Positions 19,663 to 31,545 of a stretch of 64,000 nt of DNA are shown piece by piece. Source of the DNA: Promethearchaeota archaeon. Lineage in GTDB: Archaea > Asgardarchaeota > Lokiarchaeia > Sigyniarchaeales > SOKP01. The number at the start of each line of letters is the position of its first letter. The first letter of the stretch is position 1. Made by a program: the position numbers and the translations under genes. Location of the stretch: positions 160,001 through 224,000 of the forward strand of contig JBHLOY010000001.1 in the NCBI GenBank assembly GCA_048939995.1. The letters are read 5' to 3'. The notes under the pieces are model-generated. The model made no database searches. It was not told the origin of the DNA and saw only the letters and a list, made by a program, of their open reading frames with translations.

Positions 19663-19944
19663 CTATGCTGCTTGTAATTCTAATCTTTTAACACGATAAG
19701 ATTTAGCGTATTGTTTTTTACCACATTCGCTGCATTCTAATAAAGGTGTTGTCCTTTTATTGATTTTTGCGTTTTTATGAAAGATTTCTTTAGGAAATGA
19801 CCCATATCCTTTTTTCTTTCTTTCTAATCTTCGCCTTCCGTGATTTAGCATCCTTTCTTTTCCTTTTTTATATATGGATACATTATGCTTAGTATGTTTT
19901 CTGCAGTTTTTACAATATCTCTGAACAGTTCGAGGATATTTCAT
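19663..19944 (-). CDS. rpl44e: 50S ribosomal protein L44e
   Basis: [23 protein letters not shown]. Confidence 0.96.
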   Translation of the reverse strand: MKYPRTVQRYCKNCRKHTKHNVSIYKKGKERMLNHGRRRLERKKKGYGSFPKEIFHKNAKINKRTTPLLECSECGKKQYAKSYRVKRLELQAA

Positions 19945-20040
19945 TTGTATTGACCTTCTTTCTTTAGAATGACATAGATAATTCTTTATAAATTTTAAAT
20001 TTTATTAGTTCTGATTAATTTCTTAATAAATTAGGTCTAA

Positions 20041-21024
<984 letters not shown>

Positions 21025-22929
21025 TCAACTAAAACGAAATGCAGATAACTTAGATTTTGGTAGAACATCAATTACTGTTCTAACTGAATTTTGATTTGTT
21101 AAATTATAATTAAAAATAGCCCCCCCTTTTAGTTTTACTTCGAATTTTTTAAATATTGAAATTTGATTTTCAAGTGGTAAATTTGATTCTGTTCTTATGA
21201 TATTCATAGAATAACCTCTAAATTCTTCTTCTAAACCTTGATTTATTGTACTTATTGGGGGATATAAATACTCATCTTCATGTGGTTGACTCAAGATATA
21301 ATCTTGATTTTCATCTTGAGCTTTTTCATCAACAATTTTATTCATTAAAGAAATAATTTTTAATGCAAATTTTTGGCTTGTGTCAATTCGATCAAGTTCA
21401 ATTCCGCAATGTAATTTAATCGCCTTATTCAGTCCAAAAAAGGATACAGACTTTATAGAATTCCTTAATAAACCCTCTCCTTTCTCATTAAAAAATGATT
21501 CGGTTATCTTATCCCATTCTCTTATTTGATTCAATTTCTTATAAACTAATTTAGATTTAATTTTGTAAAATTCGAATATTTTTTTCAATCTTTCACTAAT
21601 TAAATCATAAAATTTATCGTCATTTTGATTACTTTGTAAAGCTATAGAATGCAAATTGATTAGAATTTTATCCAAAATTACTCTATTGTCTCTAAGGTTA
21701 CAATTATCGTTTGATTTTAAATTAACAATGGAGGAATTCAATAAACTCGAATTTTTATTACAAAATAATAAGGATTTTCTTAATTTGGGGATTATATGAT
21801 GACATAAAAAATCAGAGTCAAGTATATTTAATTTAGAAGAGTCTAATATAACTAAAGGCATATTATTTTTAGCCACAGAATCAAAATGCGAGCTTAAAGA
21901 AGTAAAGAATTGTTCATTTAGAAAAGGTGCATGTTGACATGAAAAGTCTAAAGCCAAATGTGTTTTTGATTTAAAAATTTGATTTATTAATAGGTTAAGT
22001 AATTTTATATTTTTGAAAGGAATAAGCGAGAGAAGATGTTTACTAAAATCTCCTAGAACAATATCTTCTGAAAAAAATGGTTTGAATAACGAGATAACTT
22101 CAAATAACTTTAAAATTATGATTGTAAAATCAAATAAATCTGATACATTCTTGATTTTAATCGAAAGAGATCTCTCAATATAATTTAATATAGATTCAAC
22201 ATTAACGTAGAAACTCAGAGGTCTTAAACCCCACTGGTTTAAATTTAGAAGTACTATATCTCCAGATAAGTATAGATCAGCTAAAGAATTTGGCAAAAGA
22301 TTCAGCAAAAGAAATTGCTCAGAAACATCAGAACCCAGTCTTTTTAAGAATTGAATAGGATTAACCGATTTATCTTCAAATAAAGTAAGTACTTCGTAAG
22401 GAGGTGTTCCCAACCTAGTAAGCTTATGCCTTACTTTTTCCAAACCATTTTCTAATAATACAGCATTAATATATTCCCTCATTAGAGGAGTAGTAAGGTA
22501 ATCTATTTTGGTCTTCGTTAAACGTTCCTGAACTTCAAGTGCAATTTGCTTTGCCAGATATTTTTCCATTGATCCTTCTTTTATTAAGTATTCCTCTATC
22601 TTCTTGATATTAAATGGTTCTTTAGAATACTTAGATGTCCTTATCATAATCGTTTTATTTTGAGCATTAAGAATCTGTTCCATTAAAATAATGTTATTCA
22701 AAATTTTTTTTCCTAAAATACTAATTTGATAACCCTCTTCTATCGATTCTATTAGATCAGATTCCTTTAGAGTTTTTAGATGGAATGATAAATTAATATT
22801 ACTTTGATTTATATCACAGATTTCTCTTTGAAGCATCGAAAAAGATAACGGGATTGAGCTATTATTTAATTTCTTTAAGATATCAATTCTAACCTTCTGT
22901 CCCAATATCCGTAAATGCTTTTCAATCAT
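21025..22929 (-). CDS. ArsR-type wHTH + ATP-cone + degenerate class III ribonucleotide reductase (NrdD)-like fusion
   Basis: RIDILKKL..LSFSML..NLSFHLKTL (wHTH); IRTSK..EPFN..KI...LTTPLMREYINAVLLE..RLGTP (ATP cone as in archaeal NrdD); ADLYLSGDI; no C-terminal glycyl-radical motif. Confidence 0.75.
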   Translation of the reverse strand: MIEKHLRILGQKVRIDILKKLNNSSIPLSFSMLQREICDINQSNINLSFHLKTLKESDLIESIEEGYQISILGKKILNNIILMEQILNAQNKTIMIRTSKYSKEPFNIKKIEEYLIKEGSMEKYLAKQIALEVQERLTKTKIDYLTTPLMREYINAVLLENGLEKVRHKLTRLGTPPYEVLTLFEDKSVNPIQFLKRLGSDVSEQFLLLNLLPNSLADLYLSGDIVLLNLNQWGLRPLSFYVNVESILNYIERSLSIKIKNVSDLFDFTIIILKLFEVISLFKPFFSEDIVLGDFSKHLLSLIPFKNIKLLNLLINQIFKSKTHLALDFSCQHAPFLNEQFFTSLSSHFDSVAKNNMPLVILDSSKLNILDSDFLCHHIIPKLRKSLLFCNKNSSLLNSSIVNLKSNDNCNLRDNRVILDKILINLHSIALQSNQNDDKFYDLISERLKKIFEFYKIKSKLVYKKLNQIREWDKITESFFNEKGEGLLRNSIKSVSFFGLNKAIKLHCGIELDRIDTSQKFALKIISLMNKIVDEKAQDENQDYILSQPHEDEYLYPPISTINQGLEEEFRGYSMNIIRTESNLPLENQISIFKKFEVKLKGGAIFNYNLTNQNSVRTVIDVLPKSKLSAFRFS

Positions 22930-23141
22930 AGAGATCTTTTTGTCGGAATCCCAAGTTATTATTAAAATCGTAAGATTTCTTTCAATTTGATTAACTAAAT
23001 TATGAATTTCGCGATATTTAAAAATTTAGTAGAAATACTGCCTAAAACTAATTCTGATAATATCTAGGTGATAATTATAAGATTTTTTACTTTTTAAAGG
23101 ACTAAATGATAAAACAAGTAAATCAAGAAATTTTAAAGATT

Positions 23142-23759
23142 TTAACGTGCTGAGATTGCTATTCTCTCTATTTCATCCTTTCTTTTCACTGCTCTCGAAT
23201 CTTGACTATTCTTTGCTGCTAAAATTAGCTCTTGTGCTAAGTTTTCTTCAAATTGTTTCACATTCGAACGTGATCTAGAGCCAATAGCTTGAACTATATA
23301 TTTGAGTGCTAAATCTACTCTGCGCTGAGGTGATACATCTACAGCTGAAGCATAGCTTATGCCTCCCATCGCGATCCTTGTAGTTTCCTCTCTTGGAGCT
23401 GTATTGCAGATTGCATCAACGAGTATTTGAATCGGATTCTGCCCAGTGGTTAGTTCTATCAAAGTAAAGGCATTCTTAATACTATTTAATAATTTACTTT
23501 TTTTGCCTGAATTATATGAGCTTTTATGTCCCTTTATTTTGCTTCCAATAAAACCAGGTGCTAATAGTCTATTAACAAACCGTTCAATGATGGAAACTCG
23601 AGAGGTTTTCCAAAACCTTTTATGTTCATGTCTGCCTGCTGAGTGAGGAATAATAACCGGTTTTAAATTAATGTATTTTTCTAATGTCCAATCACTGATT
23701 TCTATATCGATATAAGTCCATTTATCAAATAGCTTGATTTCTGCTTTTTGTTTGCTCAT
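23142..23759 (-). CDS. rps7: 30S ribosomal protein S7
   Basis: IKLFDKW, PHSAGRH, APREETTRI, AVDVSPQRRVDLAL. Confidence 0.98.
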   Translation of the reverse strand: MSKQKAEIKLFDKWTYIDIEISDWTLEKYINLKPVIIPHSAGRHEHKRFWKTSRVSIIERFVNRLLAPGFIGSKIKGHKSSYNSGKKSKLLNSIKNAFTLIELTTGQNPIQILVDAICNTAPREETTRIAMGGISYASAVDVSPQRRVDLALKYIVQAIGSRSRSNVKQFEENLAQELILAAKNSQDSRAVKRKDEIERIAISAR

Positions 23760-23770
23760 TGAAATTCCCT

Positions 23771-24205
23771 CTAGCGCATTGGCTTTTCCTTTATACCTTT
23801 GATTAGTGCATCTAAAGAAACCCCATTCACTTTAACAACCTTATAGCGAACTCCTGGTAAATCTCCAATTGAGCGTCCCTTAGCTCCACCAATTCCTTCA
23901 ATGGTAACCCTATCATGCTCCTCAATGAAATTAAGGGCTCCATCGCCTGGAAGAAAAGCAGTCACACCTTTTCCATTCTTTTTTAACTGCACCCTCACGC
24001 ATTTTCGAATAGCAGAGTTAGGTTGTTTACTTTCACGTCCAACTTTCTGAAGAACAATCCCTAAAGCTTGGGGAGAACCTTCAAGTGGATCAACCCTCTT
24101 CTTTAATTTAAGTTTCTTCCGTTTATATTTCGTTTTTGACCAACGGAGTTTTTTTCGATTAGTTCTAAGTTTTCTTGCTGAAAATAGACCTTTAGGCTTA
24201 CTCAT
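23771..24205 (-). CDS. rps12: 30S ribosomal protein S12
   Basis: [25 protein letters not shown]. Confidence 0.98.
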   Translation of the reverse strand: MSKPKGLFSARKLRTNRKKLRWSKTKYKRKKLKLKKRVDPLEGSPQALGIVLQKVGRESKQPNSAIRKCVRVQLKKNGKGVTAFLPGDGALNFIEEHDRVTIEGIGGAKGRSIGDLPGVRYKVVKVNGVSLDALIKGIKEKPMR

Positions 24206-24303
24206 ATAAATCGTTTTGAATTATAGCTAATTTTGATATTAATGTAATACAAAGATGAGTATAGCTTTAAACTTAAAATTTTTGGATTAGGAATTTTAGA
24301 CCT

Positions 24304-24777
24304 TTAATTTTTAGTATTAATTATTACATTATCTACTTCAAAATGCCTTAGTACTAATTCTTTTATTTTCCTAATCATTGAACCCTCTTTTCCAATTGCT
24401 TTTCCTCTATCTTGAGGTCGTACTGAAATAATCACTGTCTTCTTTTGATTTTTATTTTCTCTAATTTCTATATTCAGCATTTTGATTGAATTTTTCGAAG
24501 TATTTAATATAAACTGTATAAATTCTTCAAGCTTATCTGACCAAGGGATGACATCAATTTTCTTTTGCAATTTAGCCATCAGATCCTTTACGTGTTCTCC
24601 AGCTTTTCCAATTGCCTTTCCCACATCCTCTTTTTTTACGAGAAATATTACAATCTCAGTATCATTTTCGGGAGATTGAAATATTAAGCAATCCTTGATT
24701 ATAGCCCCTGTAATATTATTAAATAAAGAAATAAGCTCCATTGATTGTCTATCAAATCTAATATTTTTTTTTAACAT
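24304..24777 (-). CDS. nusA: Archaeal NusA (two KH domains)
   Basis: GKAIGKAG and GKAIGKEG; between L30e and S12. Confidence 0.94.
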   Translation of the reverse strand: MLKKNIRFDRQSMELISLFNNITGAIIKDCLIFQSPENDTEIVIFLVKKEDVGKAIGKAGEHVKDLMAKLQKKIDVIPWSDKLEEFIQFILNTSKNSIKMLNIEIRENKNQKKTVIISVRPQDRGKAIGKEGSMIRKIKELVLRHFEVDNVIINTKN

Positions 24778-24800
24778 TTTTAAGGAATCAACTTACTAAA

Positions 24801-25175
24801 TTAATTTGCCTTTGTTTTTAAAGACGTCAAATCTGAGTCGCCAAAATCATTTATACCAATTACTGACACCATATATGGCTTACCCATAGCAAGACCTAAA
24901 TCCCAAGAAGAACCTTTATATCTATGAACAAATGTTCCATCCTTCATCAACGAAATATAATAATTTATCTGGTCCTCAAATTCCTTTGGGCAATTATTAG
25001 CAATAATTAACATCTTAAAAGGATTTTGTCGCAATTGTTTTAAAACTTGCTCTTTACCATAGATAATTTTTCCCGTTTTATAGACTACTTTAATATTTGT
25101 ATCTATATCAAATTCCTTTTCTTTTTTACGGGATAAATCAATCGTATCGCTAATCTTTTTGCTTTTTTTTGGCAT
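24801..25175 (-). CDS. rpl30e: 50S ribosomal protein L30e
   Basis: KTGKIIYG, IIANNCP, YKGSSWDLGLAMGKPY, GDSDL. Confidence 0.95.
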   Translation of the reverse strand: MPKKSKKISDTIDLSRKKEKEFDIDTNIKVVYKTGKIIYGKEQVLKQLRQNPFKMLIIANNCPKEFEDQINYYISLMKDGTFVHRYKGSSWDLGLAMGKPYMVSVIGINDFGDSDLTSLKTKAN

Positions 25176-25377
25176 AGTTTCACAAGTAATTATCCTTTTA
25201 ATAAATCAATAATAAGGTAATAAAGTAAATACATTATGCTTTAAATTTTTAACGCTATTTTCTTGAATCGATTTTTTCTTTACAATAAGAGTGTATTATT
25301 AGATAAAGAAACATTATAACAATTAAAATATTTTCTTCAATTTAATTTTAAATTTGATTAGAACTTTTAAATTGGGA

Positions 25378-26583
25378 TTATTTTTGTGATGGATTTAGTT
25401 CTTTCAAAATTCTTAAGTTTTCATCGAGATCGAATCGAACATTGACTCTTCCGCTTCCCATAGGAATTACTTGTCCTATTATTACATTCTCTGGAATACC
25501 CCTCAAAAGTTCCTGTTCTCCGTAAAGTCCTGCATCTAATAACTGATTAACTGTAACTTCAAAAGCAGCTCGAGCAAATACACTTGATTTTGAACCCGAA
25601 ATCCCATGCCTGCCAATCGATTGAATAGAGCCAGTTACACACATTAAGTCAGATAAAATCAATAAATGCCTTAAATCTACATCCAAACCTTGTTGCTCTA
25701 AAACTTTTTGAGATTCTTTTATTATCATATTTCGAGCTGCCTCTATTCCATATAATTTTTCAATTTCATGTATATGATTCGAAACTGTCCTGGTTGTATC
25801 AACACCTTCAATCTGAACAACACTTTGTAAATTGGTACCCTCAGTTTTTATAACCCATTCGTGAGTCTGATCGGTTGGAGTGAGTAACCCCCTTTTTATT
25901 CCTCTTATCCCTTTTACGACTTTTTTTAGAATTTTTTCTCTTAATTTTTGAAGGTTTTGCAAATCTTCAATTCCGGGATCAATTATTATTGAATTTCCTT
26001 CCCGTTTTATTGTTCCTTTTTTCTTATATCTCTTTAAAACTTCAGGAATTTTATCAATTTCAATCCCTTTGCTTTCACAGAGTTCTGGAATAAGATGAAT
26101 TACAATTTTCCAATCAATAAAATCAAGATCAACATCTGAGGCAATCTGTTCTATACGGATTTGCTCAATGCGATTATGAACTTGGATCGCCTTGTTTTCT
26201 GATTCTCGATATCCCTTTTCAAGATAGATATCCATAGCAGGAGTTGCTGGAAATCTTCTAGCATCAACAATCTCAATCAATCTAGGGAGACCTTGGGTGA
26301 CTGAAAATTCTTCTACACCGGCATAGTGAAAGGTTCTTAAGGTCATCTGGGTTCCTGGTTCTCCAATTGATTGAGCAGCAACAGTCCCAACTGGTTCGCT
26401 TGATTCTACAATTGCATTATTAAAATTAATATAAATTTTATTTAATAAGTATTCTAATTGTTCCTCCTCTAAATCTTCATCTTTTATTCTGTTTCTTATT
26501 TTTTCTATCAAATCTAAGGGAATTCCATCTTCTTGTAACTCACTTAATTTCTTTTCTAATAATTCTTTTGTTGCTTTGGTCAT
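25378..26583 (-). CDS. rpo1C: RNA polymerase subunit Rpo1C (A'')
   Basis: [31 protein letters not shown]. Confidence 0.98.
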   Translation of the reverse strand: MTKATKELLEKKLSELQEDGIPLDLIEKIRNRIKDEDLEEEQLEYLLNKIYINFNNAIVESSEPVGTVAAQSIGEPGTQMTLRTFHYAGVEEFSVTQGLPRLIEIVDARRFPATPAMDIYLEKGYRESENKAIQVHNRIEQIRIEQIASDVDLDFIDWKIVIHLIPELCESKGIEIDKIPEVLKRYKKKGTIKREGNSIIIDPGIEDLQNLQKLREKILKKVVKGIRGIKRGLLTPTDQTHEWVIKTEGTNLQSVVQIEGVDTTRTVSNHIHEIEKLYGIEAARNMIIKESQKVLEQQGLDVDLRHLLILSDLMCVTGSIQSIGRHGISGSKSSVFARAAFEVTVNQLLDAGLYGEQELLRGIPENVIIGQVIPMGSGRVNVRFDLDENLRILKELNPSQK

Positions 26584-26594
26584 TTTTTATAACC

Positions 26595-29537
26595 TCATAC
26601 TTTTTCGCCAAATTTTTCTTTTTTCCATTCGAGATATCCTTTAGTGATTTTTCCTCTCCAAATAGCATTTTTTCCCGTCTCTTTCTCATAGAGCTGCATC
26701 TTACTATCTTCATCTAATTTTTCTTTTTTAGCTTCAGGTTCTTTCTTCTTATCAGGTTGAGCCACCTCTTGTTTGGGTTTTTTTGTTGCTTTCTTTGTTT
26801 CTTTCTTAGCTTCTTTTGGTAATTTATTTAATTCTTCCCGAATCTCAGTTACATCCAGAGACTTAGCCTTAAGTAGAAGAACATCTAGATTAACAGCAGC
26901 CCCATGATCAGTCATTTGTGGGTTTACAGAATCGTCACCAAAACTAAATTGAATAATGTTTTTATCTGAATTACGAACTGTCCCATCATTTTCTATAATC
27001 ATGTCTTGCAAAGCATTAACCAATCTACGTTGCATATAACCTGAAGTACTGGTTCTAACTGCAGTATCTACTAATCCTTCTCTTCCACCCATGGCATGAA
27101 AGAAAAATTCTTCAGGATTTAACCCATTTCGATATGAGGATTCAACGAAACCGCGAGATCTTGGGCTGAGATCATTAATTTTGAAGTGAGGTAGGGTTCT
27201 CATACTATACCCTCGATTTATCCTTTCACCTCTGATTGCTTGCTGTCCTACCACAGCAGACATTTGCCCAAGATTTAAAATATTTCCTCGTGCTCCAGAT
27301 TTCGTCATAATAACAGAATGAGCCTCATCTCCAATATAATGAGCTGCTGTTTCTTCTGCCTTTTTACGAGCTTCAGCTAATACTTGTCGAATTCTTAACT
27401 CTAGTGTTTCTCTCATAGAACGCCCTGGAGCTCGTTTTAAGATTTTTGTGTCATTTTCATAAAATGCTTTAATTAACTTATCAGCTTCTTTATCAGCATC
27501 TTCTAAAATTTTCTTGATTGATTTGTAATCACTCCCCTTTACATAAACTTCATCTAAACCCATTGTCATTCCATTCTTACGTATCACATATAAAAGCATT
27601 TTAGTAGCGTTATCTAAAAATATACGTCCCCTTGCATTACCATGATCTTTAATTATTCTTTGCAGAATACTATTCGATTGCATTGCTCCAAATGAATTTT
27701 CATCAATTGTACCAGTTACTAACTCACCATTTTTAATTACCACATAAGCATCATATGAACAATCTTCCTCCTCACATACTTCACATTTTTTACAAAATTT
27801 CGATTTGATTCTAATATTTAAATCGTCAGGTAGTAAGGTGCTGAAAATTTGTTTACCTGAATACATGGGTTCAGGTTCCAGATTTACAGGTTTGAGATGA
27901 TCTAAGGAAAATTCTGGATTAAAATCAAAAACGCCCCCTAAAAATAACAATTTTAAAGTTTCTTTTTTATTATAAAGAGAATCTTTACTTGTAAATTGAA
28001 AAACTGAGGATATAAAATCTTGAATACCGCCTAATATAGGTCCTCCAAAACGAGGTGAAAGAATATGTTCTTGAACTTTTAATAATAATTCAGCTTCAGT
28101 ACGGGCTTCTTCACTCTGTGGAACATGCAAATTCATCTCATCCCCGTCAAAATCAGCATTATAAGGGGGACACACAGTTAAATTAAGTCTAAAGGTTTTT
28201 CCATCCATTATTTTAACTTCATGGGCCATGATTGACATCCTGTGAAGGGAGGGTTGTCGATTAAATAATACAAGGTCACCATTATTTAAGTGGCGTTCTA
28301 CTGTATAACCAGGGGCTAGCATATCTGCAATCATCTGCCTATTTTTAACATAACGCAGATCAATTCTCCTGCGATCGTTTCTAATAATATAGTTTGCCCC
28401 AGGATGTATATGTGGTCCGTTTAAAACCAGTTGTTTCATATGCTCAATGTTCCAATCATTTACATTTGTAGGTATAGTTAAAATCTTTGCTACATCTTTA
28501 GGAACTCCTACATCATTTATACTTATATAAGGATTTGGAGAAATCACGCTTCGAGCAGAAAAGTCTACTCTTTTCCCACTCAAATTACTTCTGAATCTTC
28601 CTTCTTTCCCTTTTAGTCTTTGGGTAAGCGTTCTCAAGGCTCTTCCAGAACGATGTCTCGCAGGAGGAATTCCAGAAACTTGATTATCAAAATATGTAGT
28701 TATATGGTATTGTAATAGTTCCCATAAATCTTCTACAATTAAATGAGGTGCTCCAGCATCAATATTTTCTCTTAATCTTTGGTTAATTCTAATAACATCT
28801 ACTAATTTGTGAGTTAGATCATCTTCAGAACGGATGCCACTATCTAATGTAATTGAAGGTCTCGCACATACAGGAGGAATAGGTAATACTGTAAAAACTA
28901 CCCATTCAAGGCGAGCATTCTCAGGGGAAATTCCTAAAATCCGTAGATCATTGTCATTCATTTTCTTTAAACGCTCGAGTATCTCGATTGGAGTTAACCT
29001 GCGAGATCCTTTTGTCTCTTCTTCTTCATAAAATGTAGTAGGTTTTTCTATAATTATTTTCTTTTTCTTTGCTCCACAATAAGGACATACTTTAGATTTT
29101 CTTGCTCGCTTGAATACCAATCTTGAAACTTCCTCATCTCCCTCAAAAAACATTTTACGATGCTTTACTTGATCTTTTCTAAACCTTTCTTTTTCTTCTT
29201 CTGTTAACATTAATCTGGAACATTCAGGACAAATAGATCTCAATACTTTTAATACTTTTTTTGAATATCCTACATGGATGACTGGTCTGGCTAGTTCAAT
29301 ATGGCCAAAATGACCCATACAATTACTCACTAAATTTCCACATGTTTGACATCTTTGTCCCGGCTCTATTGTTCCTAATCTCTGATCCATTAATCCACTA
29401 GGAATGGGGAGTCCATCCTCATCATAAGTATCAGCAGTTATTATCCTTGCTGCGGACATTTTACGTATTTCATCAGGAGAGAGAAGCCCAAATTTTATTT
29501 TCTCAATCATTTTTGTTCTTGAAAAACTATAACTCAT
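26595..29537 (-). CDS. rpo1N: RNA polymerase subunit Rpo1N (A') with C-terminal extension
   Basis: GHFGHIEL, NRQPSLH, NADFDGDEMN, GREGLVDTAVRT. Confidence 0.99.
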   Translation of the reverse strand: MSYSFSRTKMIEKIKFGLLSPDEIRKMSAARIITADTYDEDGLPIPSGLMDQRLGTIEPGQRCQTCGNLVSNCMGHFGHIELARPVIHVGYSKKVLKVLRSICPECSRLMLTEEEKERFRKDQVKHRKMFFEGDEEVSRLVFKRARKSKVCPYCGAKKKKIIIEKPTTFYEEEETKGSRRLTPIEILERLKKMNDNDLRILGISPENARLEWVVFTVLPIPPVCARPSITLDSGIRSEDDLTHKLVDVIRINQRLRENIDAGAPHLIVEDLWELLQYHITTYFDNQVSGIPPARHRSGRALRTLTQRLKGKEGRFRSNLSGKRVDFSARSVISPNPYISINDVGVPKDVAKILTIPTNVNDWNIEHMKQLVLNGPHIHPGANYIIRNDRRRIDLRYVKNRQMIADMLAPGYTVERHLNNGDLVLFNRQPSLHRMSIMAHEVKIMDGKTFRLNLTVCPPYNADFDGDEMNLHVPQSEEARTEAELLLKVQEHILSPRFGGPILGGIQDFISSVFQFTSKDSLYNKKETLKLLFLGGVFDFNPEFSLDHLKPVNLEPEPMYSGKQIFSTLLPDDLNIRIKSKFCKKCEVCEEEDCSYDAYVVIKNGELVTGTIDENSFGAMQSNSILQRIIKDHGNARGRIFLDNATKMLLYVIRKNGMTMGLDEVYVKGSDYKSIKKILEDADKEADKLIKAFYENDTKILKRAPGRSMRETLELRIRQVLAEARKKAEETAAHYIGDEAHSVIMTKSGARGNILNLGQMSAVVGQQAIRGERINRGYSMRTLPHFKINDLSPRSRGFVESSYRNGLNPEEFFFHAMGGREGLVDTAVRTSTSGYMQRRLVNALQDMIIENDGTVRNSDKNIIQFSFGDDSVNPQMTDHGAAVNLDVLLLKAKSLDVTEIREELNKLPKEAKKETKKATKKPKQEVAQPDKKKEPEAKKEKLDEDSKMQLYEKETGKNAIWRGKITKGYLEWKKEKFGEKV

Positions 29538-29770
29538 TCGATATAACCCTCTTATAATTTAATTATAAATATGAATTTGAATCTTTTTCTGAAAAAAATA
29601 AGAAAATATCATAGAAGATAACATCCTCTTAATATTGTAATAAATATGGTTCTTAAGAAATAGTTTAATGAACCCAGCACTGTAAGATAAAAAAGTATGC
29701 AAATATTAAAAATTTTACGTTTTAGGCATTATTTTAATGCATTTTTTAAAAAAAATTAAAAAAAGTAAGT

Positions 29771-30265
29771 TCATTTCATCCCAAACCATGGGCCACTGTC
29801 TAAATCTTCAAGGAAATATTTCTTGTCTTCCTTTTTCTTGATTTCTTCTCCTGCCTTAAGAGCTAATTCATGATATTTTTCAAAATCTTTTTTATTTTTT
29901 AATAAAGCTGATGCTCTAGCCATAGCCTCATAAGCAAAAGCTAAATCAAAATCATCAATATCATTCTCTTCTGTTAGCTTTAAACATTGTTTTGCATGAT
30001 ATAACGCAGGTTCACCTCTTCCTAAAATTGAATAGACACGAGAAATTATCCATTCTCCTCTCTGAAGATTAATTGGTCCACCTTTTCCTTTAGATACTAA
30101 AATACCCCAATGATATCTTGATGTATGAGCCGTATGAACCATATTCACATTATCCTCATCAGTTCTATCTTTTTTATCAAGATAATCCCAAGTTTTATTG
30201 AAAGTGCCTTTTGCGATTTTCTCATGGACTTCAATATTTACTAATTCTGACATTTTGCAAATCAC
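29771..30265 (-). CDS. Conserved helical hypothetical protein (start possibly the second Met, 30253)
   Basis: FNKTWDYLDK, AHTSRYHW, RGEW.ISRVY, FDLAFAYEAMARA look like a conserved family; function unknown. Confidence 0.7.
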   Translation of the reverse strand: MICKMSELVNIEVHEKIAKGTFNKTWDYLDKKDRTDEDNVNMVHTAHTSRYHWGILVSKGKGGPINLQRGEWIISRVYSILGRGEPALYHAKQCLKLTEENDIDDFDLAFAYEAMARASALLKNKKDFEKYHELALKAGEEIKKKEDKKYFLEDLDSGPWFGMK

Positions 30266-30444
30266 ACCATTAAATAATTAATAATAATTATTTTTTTGAG
30301 TACTTTAATCAATTCCTTTTGAAATATCAATTATTTCTTTTCTAAGATTGATATAGTAATCCTGGGACATGACTTATTTTATAAATTATAAATAAGGAAG
30401 TATAATCCCATTTCAACTAAATTCCAAACATATTTGAAGATGAT

Positions 30445-31431
30445 TTATTTTAAAAATTTTTTAGGTATCTCTATAGAGAACGTACACTCCAAGGCACCCT
30501 TTAAAGCAGTTTTAACAGGTTCAACCTTTACAGGTTGTTCGAAAATTTGGTCCCAGTAGAGTTTATACCAACCAGCACTACAGTGACAGAAATTTTTGGT
30601 GAGATGATCCTCGGTTCCATTCTTAAATGCTCCCCGAATCCAAGGGCAGTAACATAGAAAAAATTTTTTCATTTTTTCATCTTTTGTATTTAAATAATTG
30701 CTTGTTTGATAAGGGAGTTTACTTACGTATATCTTATTTCCTTCTCTTACACCTTGACTTAATTTTTGATTGTTTTTTACAAACTCTAGAACATCATCAT
30801 CAATATACTGAGCGAACTCTAAAGTACCTGCCTCTTTATGTTCTTCTAGCCTTGCAATTAAATCTCCGTGTTTCTTTAAAAGAAAACCATCAATCCCTAA
30901 TTCCTTAAGAGCTTTTTTATCTCCCTCAATATCATCTGGAGGGCGTCCATGAAGACAAGGTGAGAGAAGCTTAATTGTGTTATCCTCTCCAAGTTTATCC
31001 TCCACTCTTTTCAAAATTTCTTTAGTAAAATCCGGTTTATTTTCAGGATGAGTTCCTAATGGGGGGATTACTAAATCTTTAAAAATTTCATCTCTTATCT
31101 GCTCACCATAAAATTCAGCTATTCTTGAATAAAGCGTATCCATTGCATTATAAGATTCAACAATATCTATAGCTTCTGTTATAAAATCGTAATTTTTAGA
31201 ATAGTTAGCATAAGTTATAATTGCTTTAAGAAAATCTATAACAGCATCTTTATCAGTAGAAACTAAATGCTCAGTATATTCAACTAATTTATTAGGTTTG
31301 ACTTTCTCAAGTGTTAGATTTAAATTATTAAGATATTTTTCATAATCCTTTATTCTAGCTAGATAATTTTTTATTGTAGTTCTATTAACCTTATTTTTCT
31401 CTAAAAATTCGAGAAAATCAGTCTCATTCAT
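30445..31431 (-). CDS. Hypothetical Cys-rich protein (DUF6144-like C-terminus)
   Basis: CYCPW, FCHCSAGW, VKTALKGALECTFSI. Confidence 0.65.
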   Translation of the reverse strand: MNETDFLEFLEKNKVNRTTIKNYLARIKDYEKYLNNLNLTLEKVKPNKLVEYTEHLVSTDKDAVIDFLKAIITYANYSKNYDFITEAIDIVESYNAMDTLYSRIAEFYGEQIRDEIFKDLVIPPLGTHPENKPDFTKEILKRVEDKLGEDNTIKLLSPCLHGRPPDDIEGDKKALKELGIDGFLLKKHGDLIARLEEHKEAGTLEFAQYIDDDVLEFVKNNQKLSQGVREGNKIYVSKLPYQTSNYLNTKDEKMKKFFLCYCPWIRGAFKNGTEDHLTKNFCHCSAGWYKLYWDQIFEQPVKVEPVKTALKGALECTFSIEIPKKFLK

Positions 31432-31545
31432 TCTATTCCTTATTTTTAGTTTTTTATAATATATTTTATATTTTAAAGAAAATTTTTAAGGATTATGAGT
31501 AGAAAATTAAGATTTAACTTATCTTGAGAAAATTTTTTTTGAAAA

